DNA of 64,000 bases from an uncultured Gemmatimonadales bacterium (GCA_963793305.1 CAWBZV010000002.1:672001-736000); one strand, 5' to 3'; counted from the first letter of the stretch, positions 37,664-48,990 are shown. Numbers and translations are program-made. The notes: a model not told the origin generated them from the sequence alone.

Positions 37664-40343
37664 TTACTCGGCTCGCAAGACAGCGACGGGGTCAGCGTGC
37701 GCGGCGGTGCGTGCGGGGATGTAGGTCGCGATGAGCGCGACGATCGCGAGTATGGCGAGCACGGTCGTGTAGGTGAGCGGGTCGGTCGGCGTGACCTCGA
37801 AGAGCACCGCGCGCATGCCGCGGGCGGCGAGTAAGGCTGCGGCGAGACCCAGGGTCATGCCAATGCCGGTGAGAAGGACGCCGCGGGCCATGACCATCGT
37901 GAGCACGCGGCGCGCGTCGGCGCCGAGGGCGATGCGGATGCCGATCTCGGCTTGGCGCTGGCGGACCGTGTAGGCGACGACGCCGTAGATGCCGAGGGCC
38001 CCGAGGAGGAGGCCGAGGCCGCCGAAGAGGTTCAAAAGAATCGCCAGAAGACGAGGGCGGGTGACCGCGCGCTCGACGACGCGGTCGAGTGTCGTGACCT
38101 CGCCGATCGCCTGGTCCTTGTCGACAGACCAGATCGCAGCGCGAACCGCGGCGGTGATGGCGGCCGGGTCGCCGCGCGTGCGCACGACCATGGTGACCGT
38201 TCCGCGCATGTTCTGCGCGTTCGCGATGTAGAGCGACGGGCGCGGCGCCGCGTCCAGGCCGAATTGCCGCGTGTCGCGCGCGACCCCAACGATCGTCACT
38301 CCGCCGGCCCCAATGCGAAGTTGGTGGCCCGGGACGGCGTCGATGCCGGCGGGGATGTACTTGCGGACGAACGCCTCGTTGACGACGGCTACGTCCGGCG
38401 CGCCGAGCGTATCGCGGTTGGTGAACTCGCGTCCCGCGATCACCGGAATGTCCATCGTGCGGAAATAATCCGCGCTGATGTGAAACGCCGGCACGACGGG
38501 TCGCTCGTTCTTCGGCGGTGGTGGCTCGCCGACCACGTCGAACGACCAGGCCTCCTCCCCGCCATCGAGCGGCAGAACTTTCGTCGAGCCGACGGCGACC
38601 ACGCCAGGCACGGCGCGTACGCGGTCGAACACGGCATTGGCGTAGCGTGGCCCGGTTGTGTCCCCGTAGCGGTAGCTCGGGATCGAGAATCGCACGGCGA
38701 GCGCGTGGTCAGGCCGAAATCCCGGGTCGGTCGAGATGAGGAGCCCCAAGCTCTTCACCATAAGCCCGGCGCCGCACACGAGGACCACCGCGATCGCGAC
38801 CTGGGCGATCACGAATGCGTGCCGCAAGCGCTGACCTTCGGCGCCAATGGTCACCTGTCGGGTCCCGATCAGTCGCGTGGAGCGAACCCCGCGCCAGCGG
38901 GCTCGCCAAGCAACCGACGCCCCAAGGGCCGAGTCCGAAGAGGCAATCGCGGGAATCGCGCTGAACAAGAGGCCGCAGACGATCGCGATCGTCAGGGCCA
39001 GCGCGACGACGGACCAGTCGAGACGCTCGACCGGCACGCGCGGCAGCTCGGAGGCCGCGAGCACGACGAAACCATGGAGCGTAATCCGGGCGACGAGGAG
39101 GCCGGCCGCGGCGCCGAACAGCGCCAGCACCAGACTCTCGGTCAGAACCTGTCGCGCAAGGCGCAGCCGCTCACCGCCCAGCGCGGCGCGGATCGCGAAC
39201 TCGCGCGTGCGACCGCTGGCGCGAGCCAGCAAGAGGCCCGCGACATTGATCACGGCGATGAGCAACACAAAGCCGACGGCGCCGAGCATCACGAGCAGGG
39301 CAGGGCGAACGTCGCCCACGATCGAGGACAGGAGTGGACGGACGGTAACGGCGTCCCAGCCGTGGTCCGCATCGGGATACTCGGTCGCGAGCCGCTGTTG
39401 GACGACGGTCAGCGCGGTCCGCGCTTGGTCGAGCCGCACATCCGGCCGCAGCCGGCCGACGACGCCGAGCCAACGGTCGACGCGGAGTTTCCAGGGCGTG
39501 TCGTCCTGGCTCTGATAGAGCGCCGATAGCCAGACATCAGGCGCGTGCGTGGTCCCGGGAAATCGCATCGTGGGCGGCATGACACCGACGACGACGTGCG
39601 GCTGCCCATCCAACTGGATCGCGCGTCCCACGATACCGGGGTCGGCGCCGAAGCGTCGCCGCCACAAGCCATCATTGAGCACGACCACGCGCTCGCCGCC
39701 CTCCTGCATCTCGCTCACGCGCGGCACGCGACCGAGCTTGGCGTCGACACCGAGCGTCTGGAAGAACGTCGGGGTCACGAACGCCGGGTCGAGGCTCTCT
39801 GGTGGGCCGTCGCCAGTGAGCGCGACCGAGATTTGGCCCGCCTCGTACCAAAATCCCGCCATCTCGGCGAAGGCCTGCTGTCCTGTCCGCCAGTCGTCGA
39901 GATCCGGAACGGAGATGGGCCCGGAACGTCACGTCGCGGTGCGGATCGGACGGCCACAGGCGAACGAGCTGGCTGGCGTCGCGGAACTCGAGCGGCGCGA
40001 GCAGCATGTGGCGGACGATGCTGAAGATCGCGCCGGAGGCGCCGACACCCAGGGCCAGCGTAAGCACCGCCACCACCGTGAAGACCGGGCTCCGTCGCAT
40101 GAGGCGGAGCGAGTAGCGCACGTCCTGCGCGAGCTCGGCCCACCACTCGCGCCGCTCGCGCGACTGGTCCAGTGCCACCATATCCGCCTTCGCGCGATGA
40201 ATGTCGCCAAAGCGCCGCCGCGCTTCGCGCGTCGCGTCCGCTTCGCTCATTCCGCTGGCAATGAGCTCATCCCGGACCATCGCCAGGTGCGCGGCGATCT
40301 CGTCCTCTACGTCCCCATCGATAGACTTGCGCCAGTGTATCAC
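37664..40343 (-). CDS. ADOP-family duplicated ABC permease with prefix domain; +1 frameshift near 39924, probably a sequencing error
   Basis: EDEIAAHL, EARRRFGD, QDVRYSLR, LTLALGVGA, then GPISVPDLDDW in the next frame; RQAEIGIRIALGA, DPVAVLRAE. Confidence 0.88.
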
Positions 40344-40675
40344 ACGGCCTCCAACACACGCGACACCGCCGCGGCGTATCGCTGCCAGACCGAGATCCGG
40401 GCGGCGAGTTGCTTCCGCCCCGCCGCGGTCAACGCGTAGTACTTGGCGGCGCGATTGTTCTCCGAGCGCCCCCACTGGCCGCGCACCCAGCCGCGCTTCT
40501 CGATGCGGTGCAAGGCGGTATAGAGCGCGCCGTCTTCGACATGCAGCTCCTCGTCGGTGCGCTCCCCAATCCACCGCGCGACGGCATATCCGTGCCGCGG
40601 GCCCCAGACGAGCGCCTTGAGGACCAGGATGTCCAGCGTCCCTTGCACGAGGTCGAGATCCGTTCCCCTGAGCAT
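40340..40675 (-). CDS. PadR-family transcriptional regulator (ADOP-associated type)
   Basis: QGTLDILVLKAL, HGYAV, GALYTALHR, SENNRAAKYY; GTGA coupling to the permease. Confidence 0.93.
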   Translation of the reverse strand: MLRGTDLDLVQGTLDILVLKALVWGPRHGYAVARWIGERTDEELHVEDGALYTALHRIEKRGWVRGQWGRSENNRAAKYYALTAAGRKQLAARISVWQRYAAAVSRVLEAV

Positions 40676-40738
40676 CTAAGGGGTACGATGCCGCCCGGCG
40701 GCCTGGCCGTCAAGGCTTCGCGTGCCATAATTTCCCTG

Positions 40739-41752
40739 ATGCTCGACCGCCGCCTCTGGTTCCAGTCACTCGCTCGACCCCGGTTCGAGCGCGCCGAGGA
40801 CGTCGTCGAGTGGTTCGGCGCCGTGCAATCACAGGACTTCGTGGCCGCCAAGTGGGCGGTCGCGCAGCGCACCCGCTCGTTGTCCGACTCGGACGTTGAG
40901 CGGGCGATCAACAGCGGCACGGTGCTCCGGACACACGTGCTCAGGCCCACGTGGCATTTCGCGCCCGCGAAGGATATCCGGTGGATGCTGGCGCTGACGG
41001 CGCCGAGGATCCGCGCGAGCATGGCGCGCCTCGGGCACTGGTTCGGCCTTACCCCCGACGCGTTCCCGCGCGCGAATCGGGCCATCGCCAGGGCGCTGTC
41101 CGGCGGCCGCCAGATGACGCGCGCCGAGCTCGGCCCGATAGTCGGGCAGCGCACGGGCGCACTCGGCCACGTGCTGGCGTTCGCGGAGTTGGATGGGCTG
41201 ATCTGTAGTGGCGTGTTACGAGGGAAAGAGCATACGTATGCCTTGCTCGATGAGCGCGTGCCGGCGACGCGACCGATCGGGCGCGATGAGGCGCTGGCAT
41301 TGCTCGCGCGACGGTATTTTCGGAGTCATGGCCCCGCGACGCTCAAGGATTTTGTGTGGTGGTCTGGGCTCTTGGTGAGCGAGGCGCGGCAAGCCATTGC
41401 GAGCGCCGCGGGCCTGGTGGCCGAGACCATTGACGGCACGACGTACTGGCTGTCGGACAGGGCGTCCGGTATGGCGCAGAACAACCGTGTGCACCTCCTG
41501 CCCAACTTTGACGAGTACCTGGTCGCCTACGTCGATCGGAGCCACGCGGCCCGGGGCCTGACCTCTCAGGTGGCTTTGTCCAACGTGGTCGTCGCCGACG
41601 GCCGCGTGGTCGGCACCTGGCGACGGACGATTTCGGCCAGCGCGGCGGTGGTGGACGTGACCCTGTTCAGCAGGGTACGAAAGGCGGGACTCGAGCGAGC
41701 GGTCGAGCGGTTCGGCGCGTTCTACGGACGGGCGGCTAGTTTTCGGGTATGA
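40739..41752 (+). CDS. AlkZ/YcaQ-family (HTH_42) DNA glycosylase-like protein
   Basis: AVQSQD (QxQ), LRTHVLRPTWH, HGPATLKDFVWWSGL, LLPNFDEYLVAY. Confidence 0.85.
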   Translation: MLDRRLWFQSLARPRFERAEDVVEWFGAVQSQDFVAAKWAVAQRTRSLSDSDVERAINSGTVLRTHVLRPTWHFAPAKDIRWMLALTAPRIRASMARLGHWFGLTPDAFPRANRAIARALSGGRQMTRAELGPIVGQRTGALGHVLAFAELDGLICSGVLRGKEHTYALLDERVPATRPIGRDEALALLARRYFRSHGPATLKDFVWWSGLLVSEARQAIASAAGLVAETIDGTTYWLSDRASGMAQNNRVHLLPNFDEYLVAYVDRSHAARGLTSQVALSNVVVADGRVVGTWRRTISASAAVVDVTLFSRVRKAGLERAVERFGAFYGRAASFRV

Positions 41753-42114
41753 CCACAACCGTCGTGAATCTCGCCGCGAAGCTCGGGTCCTTCACCGAGC
41801 ACTGGAGCCCGAAAATCGTCGGCGAAGTCAATGGGCAGCACGTGAAGGTCACGAAGATGCAGGGCGAGTTCGTCTGGCACTCGCACGCGAATGAGGACGA
41901 GCTGTTCCTTGTCGTCAAGGGTCGCCTCGTCATGCAGCTGCGGGACAAGACGCTGACGATCAACCCTGGCGAGTTCGTCGTGATTCCGAGGGGTGTCGAG
42001 CACTGTCCCACATCGGACGAGGAAGTGCACATCGTCCTCATCGAGCCGGCGGGCATCCTGCACTCGGGTGGCGTTGAGGACCCGCGGGCCGTCGCCGAGT
42101 ACGAGCGTATTTGA
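41749..42114 (+). CDS. Cupin domain protein
   Basis: GEFVWHSHANEDELF, PRGVEHCP. Confidence 0.9.
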   Translation: MTTTVVNLAAKLGSFTEHWSPKIVGEVNGQHVKVTKMQGEFVWHSHANEDELFLVVKGRLVMQLRDKTLTINPGEFVVIPRGVEHCPTSDEEVHIVLIEPAGILHSGGVEDPRAVAEYERI

Positions 42115-42914
42115 AAGAGCGAAACCTGATGGCCTGGCTCCGCCAGGCGGGATCCGTCCTCATCGGCTACTCGGGCGGCGTCGACTCGGCCTATCTCGCA
42201 TGCGTCGCGGTCGAGACACTTGGTCCCGACCGCGTCCTGGCCGTCACTGGTCGTAGTGCGTCGTACCCGGACTCTCAGTGGGCCATGGCCCGCGCAGTCG
42301 CCGAGCAGTTCGGCATTCCCACTCTCGTCATCGACACGGACGAGATCAGTGATCGCCGCTACGCGGCGAATCCCTCGAACCGCTGCTACTTCTGTAAGAC
42401 CGAGCTCTGGGGACGACTGACGCCGATTGCGCGGGAACGCGGAGCGATTGTCATCGACGGGACCAACGCTGACGACCTCGCCGAGCATCGACCGGGCGCC
42501 GCGGCTGGACTGGAGTATGGGGTCGCATCGCCACTGGCGATTGTGGGGCTCACGAAAGACGACATTCGGGAGCGGTCGCACGCGCGGGGCATTCCCACGT
42601 GGAACCAACCGTCAGCCCCGTGCCTGGCGTCGCGGATTCCTCATGGCACCCCAGTGACGGTCGGAAGGCTGCGGGCGGTGGAGCGCGCCGAGCAGGGGCT
42701 GAGAGCGTTGGGAGTCGTGGGGAATCTCCGCGTCAGACACCACGGGGAGACCGCCCGCGTGGAGCTCGACCGCGATCAGTTCGACCGGTGGCTCACGCCG
42801 GCGAATCGCGTGGCGCTCGAAGAGGCCGTCCGACAGGCCGGGTACGCGAGCGTGATCGTCGATCCAGCCGGGTACCGAACCGGCGGAGCGGATGCGCCTC
42901 TTTCTCGCGCTTAA
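42111..42914 (+). CDS. larE: LarE-family ATP-dependent sulfur transferase
   Basis: PP-loop SGGVDS, NRCYFCK, DGTNADD, RPG, PCLASRIP. Confidence 0.9.
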   Translation: MKERNLMAWLRQAGSVLIGYSGGVDSAYLACVAVETLGPDRVLAVTGRSASYPDSQWAMARAVAEQFGIPTLVIDTDEISDRRYAANPSNRCYFCKTELWGRLTPIARERGAIVIDGTNADDLAEHRPGAAAGLEYGVASPLAIVGLTKDDIRERSHARGIPTWNQPSAPCLASRIPHGTPVTVGRLRAVERAEQGLRALGVVGNLRVRHHGETARVELDRDQFDRWLTPANRVALEEAVRQAGYASVIVDPAGYRTGGADAPLSRA

Positions 42915-43428
42915 CATCGAGCCCGAAGTGCGACGGCGGTGTTATGCCGCGACGCACGCCTTGAGAGCGGCGGGACCGGATGTGCAATGGGTCGACGAGG
43001 CGAAGCTGCATTTGACGCTCAAATTTCTCGGCGACCAGCCCGAGAGCCTCGTCTCGCCCCTCTCTGCCGCGCTGGACGCGGCTGCCGGGCAATCTCGGGA
43101 GTTGGATCTCGTGTTCGGCGCGATCGGTGCTTTCCCAAACTTTCGGCGACCGCGCGTCGTATGGATCGGCGTGGCGCCCGATCCCAAGCTCGAATTGCTG
43201 CATCACGATGTGGAGGTGGCATGTGAAAGGCTTGGTCTCAGTCTCGACGGCCGGCCGTTTCGACCTCACCTGACGCTTGGTCGCGTCGAGCAGGACGACG
43301 GCCGCGCGTTGCGCGAGGCCGCCCGAGGGCTGCGGGTTCGCGAAGTGTCGAGCGTGAGCTCGGTCGACTTGATGCTGTCGGCTGGCGGGCAGTATCGCGT
43401 GCTGCACCCCGCTCTCCTGAGGCGCTAA
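42892..43428 (+). CDS. thpR: RNA 2',3'-cyclic phosphodiesterase (2H family)
   Basis: MRLFLAL, HLTLKFLG, PRVVWIG, FRPHLTLGR. Confidence 0.92.
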   Translation: MRLFLALNIEPEVRRRCYAATHALRAAGPDVQWVDEAKLHLTLKFLGDQPESLVSPLSAALDAAAGQSRELDLVFGAIGAFPNFRRPRVVWIGVAPDPKLELLHHDVEVACERLGLSLDGRPFRPHLTLGRVEQDDGRALREAARGLRVREVSSVSSVDLMLSAGGQYRVLHPALLRR

Positions 43429-43935
43429 GTGGGCTGCCTCAGGACCATCGGGTGTCTCACGGTCCTCGTGATCGCGGCCGGCGGCGCGTATCTGACTCGG
43501 AGCCTGTGGATGGCACGCACACCGACTGGGCCTTGGGCGCCGCTCACCCCACAGGGTGCCGCAACCACTCGACGCGCAATCGAGAGTATCAGCGCCCCGA
43601 GGGGGCCGGCGTACGTCCAGGTAACGGGTGCCGATTTCGCCTCGTACGCATTGAAGGGCACCGTGCCGCCAAATGCCCAGGCGGCCGTTATTGGTGACCG
43701 CCTGCATATCCGGGAGAGGCGGATCATTGAGCTGGTCGGGACGATCGATGTACCCCGGAGTGGTGTAGGAGAGTTTCGAGCGACCGAGATCAAGGTGGGG
43801 GACGTCATGCTGCCGCGGGTCGTCATCTCCCACATTTTCCACGGAGCCGACAGCGCCACGGTCGGTCTCCCGACCGCGGTCGGCGACATTCGCGTGGCGC
43901 ATGGTTTTATCACCCTGTACAAGAAAATTCCGTGA
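43429..43935 (+). CDS. Hypothetical membrane-anchored protein
   Basis: MGCLRTIGCL N-terminal TM; abuts both neighbours in the operon. Confidence 0.6.
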   Translation: MGCLRTIGCLTVLVIAAGGAYLTRSLWMARTPTGPWAPLTPQGAATTRRAIESISAPRGPAYVQVTGADFASYALKGTVPPNAQAAVIGDRLHIRERRIIELVGTIDVPRSGVGEFRATEIKVGDVMLPRVVISHIFHGADSATVGLPTAVGDIRVAHGFITLYKKIP

Positions 43936-45299
43936 GCCGGCGTGTTCTGATGATCGACGATGAGGAGGGTATCCGAGCGGCGCTCGGACAGCTCCTCGAG
44001 TATGAAGGCTACGAAGTAAAGGCCGCGTCCAATGCGGCCGCCGGACTAGCCGAGTACGAGAAATGGCGTCCGCATCTCGTATTTCTGGACGTGAAGATGG
44101 CGGGCATGGACGGGCTCGAAGCGCTGAAGCGCATTCGCGAGCTCGATCGCCATGCCATCGTCGTCATGATCAGCGGCCACGCGACGATCCAGACCGCGGT
44201 CCAGGCGACCCAACTCGGCGCCTATGACATCCTCGAGAAGCCGCTGGACACCGACCGCATTCTGGTCACGCTTCGCAACGCTCTGGCGCATCTGGAGCTG
44301 AACGAGGAGAACAGTCGGCTCAAGCAAACGATCGAGTCACGCTTTGAGATCGTCGGGAAGTCCTACGCGATCCGTTCGCTGATCGACAAAATCGAGAAAG
44401 TGGCTGGCACCCCTGCACGCGTGTTGATCAGTGGAGAGAACGGCACGGGCAAAGAGTTGGTGGCCCGGGCTGTCCACCGTCAATCACCTCGGCACGATAA
44501 ACCCTTTATCGAAGTCAACTGCGCTGCGATCCCCCAAGAGTTGATCGAAAGCGAGTTGTTTGGTCATGTCCGGGGGTCATTCACGGGCGCGGTGGCAGAT
44601 AGAGCGGGCAAGTTCGAACAGGCGCACCGCGGCACGCTGTTTCTCGATGAAATCGGCGACATGAGTCTTGCCGCGCAGGCCAAGGTCCTGCGTGTGCTTC
44701 AGGATGGCGTTGTCACACGCATCGGTGGAAGCAAAACGATAGCCGTAGACGTGCGGGTTATTGCGGCAACGAACAAGACGCTGGCGGAGGAGATCACCGG
44801 CGGACGGTTCAGAGAGGACCTGTTCTATCGCCTCAACGTCGTACCGATCTCCGTGCCGCCCCTGAGGGAGCGGCGCGAAGATATTCCGCTACTCATCCAA
44901 CATTTCTTGGGTATGCTCGCGGAGGGCGATGGTGTGACGCCGCGGTCGGTGGCGCCGGAGGCGGTCGAGGCGCTGCAGGCGTTGGAGTGGCCCGGGAACG
45001 TGCGAGAGCTCCGGAACACCATTGAGCGTCTCCTGATCCTCTCGGGCGGTCCCAAGATCCAAGCCGCCGACGTCGAGCGGTTGGTGGGAAGGAGAACCGC
45101 CGAGGATGGAACCGGGATCGGGTCGCTGGCCTCGTGCACGACGTTCGAGGAGTTTAAGCAGGAGGCCGAGCGGGCCTTCTTGCTGGCAAAGCTCAGGGCG
45201 TTCGACTGGAACGTCTCGGAGACGGCGCGGGCACTCGATATGCCGCGCTCGAATTTGTACAAGAAGATCGAACGATATGCGTTAACCCGGGAGGGTTAG
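43932..45299 (+). CDS. Sigma-54-dependent response regulator (NtrX/NtrC family)
   Basis: Receiver IDDE/LDVKM; GENGTGKE, GSFTGA, LFLDEIG, WPGNVRELRN; Fis-type HTH. Confidence 0.95.
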   Translation: MSRRVLMIDDEEGIRAALGQLLEYEGYEVKAASNAAAGLAEYEKWRPHLVFLDVKMAGMDGLEALKRIRELDRHAIVVMISGHATIQTAVQATQLGAYDILEKPLDTDRILVTLRNALAHLELNEENSRLKQTIESRFEIVGKSYAIRSLIDKIEKVAGTPARVLISGENGTGKELVARAVHRQSPRHDKPFIEVNCAAIPQELIESELFGHVRGSFTGAVADRAGKFEQAHRGTLFLDEIGDMSLAAQAKVLRVLQDGVVTRIGGSKTIAVDVRVIAATNKTLAEEITGGRFREDLFYRLNVVPISVPPLRERREDIPLLIQHFLGMLAEGDGVTPRSVAPEAVEALQALEWPGNVRELRNTIERLLILSGGPKIQAADVERLVGRRTAEDGTGIGSLASCTTFEEFKQEAERAFLLAKLRAFDWNVSETARALDMPRSNLYKKIERYALTREG

Positions 45300-45775
45300 T
45301 GCCAAAAGACAGCGGGGACCGCGACTGGGACGCCGAGATGGCGAAGATCGATCGTCAGATCGCCTCGACATCCCCTGAAAAGCTGGCGGCCATGGCGGGT
45401 CCGCAACCGGCGGTCGAGCGGAAGGCGCTGCCACCGGGCGCCAAGCCCGCCGGCGGCGCCGTGCACCAGCACAAGCCGATGGCTGCATGGGCCCGGCTGC
45501 TGCTTGGCCTGGCGTTGGGTGTTGGCATGCTGTTCTGGCCTTACCCCGCGCGTTGTGGCCCGTGGCTCGGGCTATACTTGTTAGGCGTCACGGTGTTGAC
45601 GGCGGGTGGTGTCTGGGCCTCGGTCTGGACGTGGCGCCATCGCACCCCTCGCGCACACGTGTTGGCCTTGCTCTTAATCCTCGAGGGACTCGTCCTCGGC
45701 GGTCTACAGATACTGCCCCGCGCCGGGTATGCCAAACCGGACGCGGGACATCCAGCGACTTGGGGTTGTTCATGA
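45299..45775 (+). CDS. Hypothetical membrane protein (3 TM)
   Basis: Soluble N-terminus DRDWDAEMAKID, three hydrophobic segments; coupled to neighbours. Confidence 0.65.
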   Translation: MPKDSGDRDWDAEMAKIDRQIASTSPEKLAAMAGPQPAVERKALPPGAKPAGGAVHQHKPMAAWARLLLGLALGVGMLFWPYPARCGPWLGLYLLGVTVLTAGGVWASVWTWRHRTPRAHVLALLLILEGLVLGGLQILPRAGYAKPDAGHPATWGCS

Positions 45776-47277
45776 GTAATGTGAAGTCTTTTCAGAATTT
45801 CATTGCCGGCCAGTGGTCGGACGCCAAGGGCGGAGCGACGTTCGATGACGTCAACCCGGCCGATACCCGGGACATTGTCGGACGCTTCCCCAAAAGCTCG
45901 CCGGCCGATGTCGATCGGGCCGTGGCCTCCGCCCAACGCGGCTTCCAGATCTGGTCGCGGACGCCCGCGCCGGCGCGGGGTGACGTGCTCCGCCGGGTCG
46001 GCGACCTCATGGTCGAGCGGAAGGAGCAGATCGCCGATCTCATGACCCGTGAGATGGGCAAGCCGCTGACCGAGACGCGCGGCGACGTGCAAGAGGGCAT
46101 CGATACCGCGTACTACGCCGCGACAATGGGGCGGCAGCTCTTTGGGCGGACGGTACCGAGTGAGCTCAAGGCGAAGTGGGCGATGAGCTATCGGCGGCCC
46201 ATCGGAGTCGTCGGGATCATCACGCCGTTCAATTTTCCGATGGCTATCCCCACCTGGAAAATGTTTCCCGCGTTCTTGTGCGGGAACGCGTGCGTGTTCA
46301 AGCCGGCGGAAGACGTCCCTCACACCGCGACAGTTCTGGTCGAGATCCTGCTCGAAGCCGGGCTCCCAGCCGAGGTCATCCAGCTCGTGCACGGCGAAGG
46401 CGACGTTGGCGCGGCGATCGTGAACCACCCTGGCGTTAGCGCCGTGTCGTTCACCGGTTCGACGGACACGGGTCGCCTCGTCGGCGAGACGTGCGGGCGC
46501 ATGCATAAGCGGCTGTCGCTGGAGATGGGCGGGAAGAATGCTCAAATCGTTTTGGACGATGCCGATCTGGATCTGGCGCTCGAAGGTGTCCTTTGGGGCG
46601 CATTCGGGACAACCGGCCAACGCTGCACAGCTACGTCTCGTCTCGTTCTCCAGCGCGGAATTCACGATCGGTTTCTCACGTCGCTCAGCGATCGTGCCAA
46701 AGCGCTCAAGCTCGGGAACGGACGCAAGGCGGGCACTGACGTCGGGCCGCTCATCCACGCTGCCTCACGCGAGAAGGTCGAGCATTACGTCCAAATTGGC
46801 AGGGACCAGGGTGCCGAGTTGGTCATTGGGGGTGAGAAGGCCAGCGGCGATGGACTCGAGTGTGGCTGGTTCTACAAGCCGACGATTTTTGCGGGTGTGA
46901 AACCGGGTACTCGGCTGGAGCAAGAAGAGATCTTTGGCCCGGTGCTGTCGGTTATTCGCGTGGATACGGCCGACGAGGCTTTTACGGTCAACAACGATGT
47001 GGCCTACGGCCTGTCTTCGTCGTTGTACACGAGGGACGTCAATCTCGCGTTCCGGGCCCTGACCGAGTTGGACAACGGTATCACCTACATCAACGCCCCG
47101 ACGATCGGCGCGGAAGCGCACCTGCCGTTCGGCGGCGTCAAGCAGACGGGGAACGGCCACCGCGAAGGCGGCTGGGAAGTGTATGACTTCTATTCGGAAA
47201 CGAAGGTCGGCTATGTCGACTTTTCAGGCACGCTGCAACGCGCGCAGATCGACACGTATCTGGGTGCGCCAGACTGA
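45772..47277 (+). CDS. Aldehyde dehydrogenase
   Basis: [31 protein letters not shown]. Confidence 0.95.
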   Translation: MSNVKSFQNFIAGQWSDAKGGATFDDVNPADTRDIVGRFPKSSPADVDRAVASAQRGFQIWSRTPAPARGDVLRRVGDLMVERKEQIADLMTREMGKPLTETRGDVQEGIDTAYYAATMGRQLFGRTVPSELKAKWAMSYRRPIGVVGIITPFNFPMAIPTWKMFPAFLCGNACVFKPAEDVPHTATVLVEILLEAGLPAEVIQLVHGEGDVGAAIVNHPGVSAVSFTGSTDTGRLVGETCGRMHKRLSLEMGGKNAQIVLDDADLDLALEGVLWGAFGTTGQRCTATSRLVLQRGIHDRFLTSLSDRAKALKLGNGRKAGTDVGPLIHAASREKVEHYVQIGRDQGAELVIGGEKASGDGLECGWFYKPTIFAGVKPGTRLEQEEIFGPVLSVIRVDTADEAFTVNNDVAYGLSSSLYTRDVNLAFRALTELDNGITYINAPTIGAEAHLPFGGVKQTGNGHREGGWEVYDFYSETKVGYVDFSGTLQRAQIDTYLGAPD

Positions 47278-47326
47278 CTTGAATTCCGTAGCGGCGTCGG
47301 ATTAATTGAGCCATGATGGAGGCGCA

Positions 47327-48085
47327 GTGAGCGAGCGTGCAATCTCTCAGGAGATGCGCCAAGAGGCGCTGCGCCGGCTCAACCGGAGGGGATTGCCCTG
47401 GCGCCTCGTCTGGGATTGGCTCCGGTCATTTGCTATCGCGGTCGTCCTCTTTCTCTTCGTTCGCGCATTCTTCGTCGAAGCCTTCAAAATTCCGACGGGC
47501 AGCATGGAGCGGACTTTGCTCGTCGGTGACTTCCTCCTCGTCAACAAGCTCGTCTACGGTGCGGAAATTCCGCTGACCGGCAAGCGTCTGCCGGCGTTGG
47601 AGCATCCGGCCCGCGGTGACGTGATCGTGTTTCAGTACCCGAGAGATCCCACGAAAAATTTCGTGAAGCGACTGGTGGGCATTCCGGGCGACACGTTGTC
47701 CATGATCGACGGACTCCTCGTCCGGAATAACGTGCCGGTCAGAGAGTCGTACGTGACCCACACTGATCCTGGCACCAACGTCTCGGAGGAGGAGAATTTT
47801 TCCTGGCAGAGTGGCTATCTGGTGAAGGCAGCGGAAGGTGGTATCACACCACATCCGTGGACGCGAAACAACTGGGGTCCCATAGTCGTCCCCGAGAAGA
47901 AGTATTTCGTGCTGGGCGACAATCGCGACAACTCGTTGGACAGCCGATTTTGGGGGTTCGTGCCCGATTCGCTGATCCGCGGTCGTCCGATTTTCGTCTA
48001 CTACAGCTACCAGCCCGATACGACACGGGCGTTCGCCTGGTTGACGCGCATTCGTTGGCGGCGGATCGGTGAACGGATCGACTGA
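47327..48085 (+). CDS. lepB: Signal peptidase I
   Basis: IPTGSM, FVKRLVG, GDNRDNSLDSRFWG; GGAGG before GTG 47327. Confidence 0.95.
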   Translation: MSERAISQEMRQEALRRLNRRGLPWRLVWDWLRSFAIAVVLFLFVRAFFVEAFKIPTGSMERTLLVGDFLLVNKLVYGAEIPLTGKRLPALEHPARGDVIVFQYPRDPTKNFVKRLVGIPGDTLSMIDGLLVRNNVPVRESYVTHTDPGTNVSEEENFSWQSGYLVKAAEGGITPHPWTRNNWGPIVVPEKKYFVLGDNRDNSLDSRFWGFVPDSLIRGRPIFVYYSYQPDTTRAFAWLTRIRWRRIGERID

Positions 48086-48131
48086 GCATTCACGGGGCGA
48101 CCACCCGACGCATCAAGGAGCGGCTGGCGGC

Positions 48132-48989
48132 ATGGCAGCGACGAAGAACAAGAAAACGTCGTACGAAGAGGGGTCGCTCGATCAGTATCTCCGCGATATC
48201 AGCGCGTATCCGCTGATTACGCGAGAGGACGAAGTGCGCCTCGCAAAAGCGATTCGATTGGATGACCAGGAAGCGCTGGACAAGTTAGTGCGGTCCAATT
48301 TGCGCTTCGTCGTCTCGGTCGCGAAGAAATATCAGAACCAGGGCGTTGCCCTCTCTGATCTCATCAACGAAGGCAACCTCGGGCTCATCCGAGCGGCGCA
48401 CAAATTCGATGAGACGAAGGGCATCAAGTTTATTTCTTACGCCGTCTGGTGGATTCGGCAAGCGATTCTCCAAGCGCTCGCCGAGCAGTCGCGTATCGTG
48501 CGCGTGCCATTGAATCGCGCCGGAACGCTCCATCGGATCGGGAAGCGGGCGAGTGCGTTGTTGCAGGAGCTCGGCCGAGAGCCCACGCACGAAGAGATCG
48601 CCGAGGGGATGGACATCACCGAAGAAGAAGTCGCCAAAACGATGTCCATTTCGCAAACGCATCTCTCACTCGATGCGCCGCTCACCCCTGGAGAAGACAA
48701 CCGGCTGCTCGATTATCTGCCGGATACGCTGAATCCGACGCCCGACGAGCAGACGTTCGAAAAAGCCTTAACCGAGTCGATCGAAGAGGCCCTCGCCGGT
48801 CTCAAGGAGCGCGAGTCGAAGATCTTACGTCTGTATTTTGGTTTGGACGGGGAAGAGCCCATGACCCTCGAGCAGATCGGATCGCTGATGGGCATCACCC
48901 GCGAACGGGTGCGACAGATCAAAGAGAAGGCGTTGTCGCGACTGCGCCACGTCAGTCGCGCCCGGGCGTTGGAATCGTATCTCGGGTAG
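48132..48989 (+). CDS. RpoD/SigA-family sigma-70 factor lacking region 1.1
   Basis: SNLRFVVSVAKKY, DLINEGNLGL, FISYAVWWIRQAI, TRERVRQI; about 285 aa. Confidence 0.92.
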   Translation: MAATKNKKTSYEEGSLDQYLRDISAYPLITREDEVRLAKAIRLDDQEALDKLVRSNLRFVVSVAKKYQNQGVALSDLINEGNLGLIRAAHKFDETKGIKFISYAVWWIRQAILQALAEQSRIVRVPLNRAGTLHRIGKRASALLQELGREPTHEEIAEGMDITEEEVAKTMSISQTHLSLDAPLTPGEDNRLLDYLPDTLNPTPDEQTFEKALTESIEEALAGLKERESKILRLYFGLDGEEPMTLEQIGSLMGITRERVRQIKEKALSRLRHVSRARALESYLG

Positions 48990-48990
48990 C

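Noticed and set aside
37952..39529. Long antisense or alternate-frame ORFs (also 8596-9942, 14442-16031, 52005-53603, 61784-63205)
   Set aside because: Expected shadows of high-GC coding sequence, with no recognisable motifs
37664..40675. PadR plus orphan duplicated permease as a novel system
   Set aside because: Already described as the ADOP/PadR families
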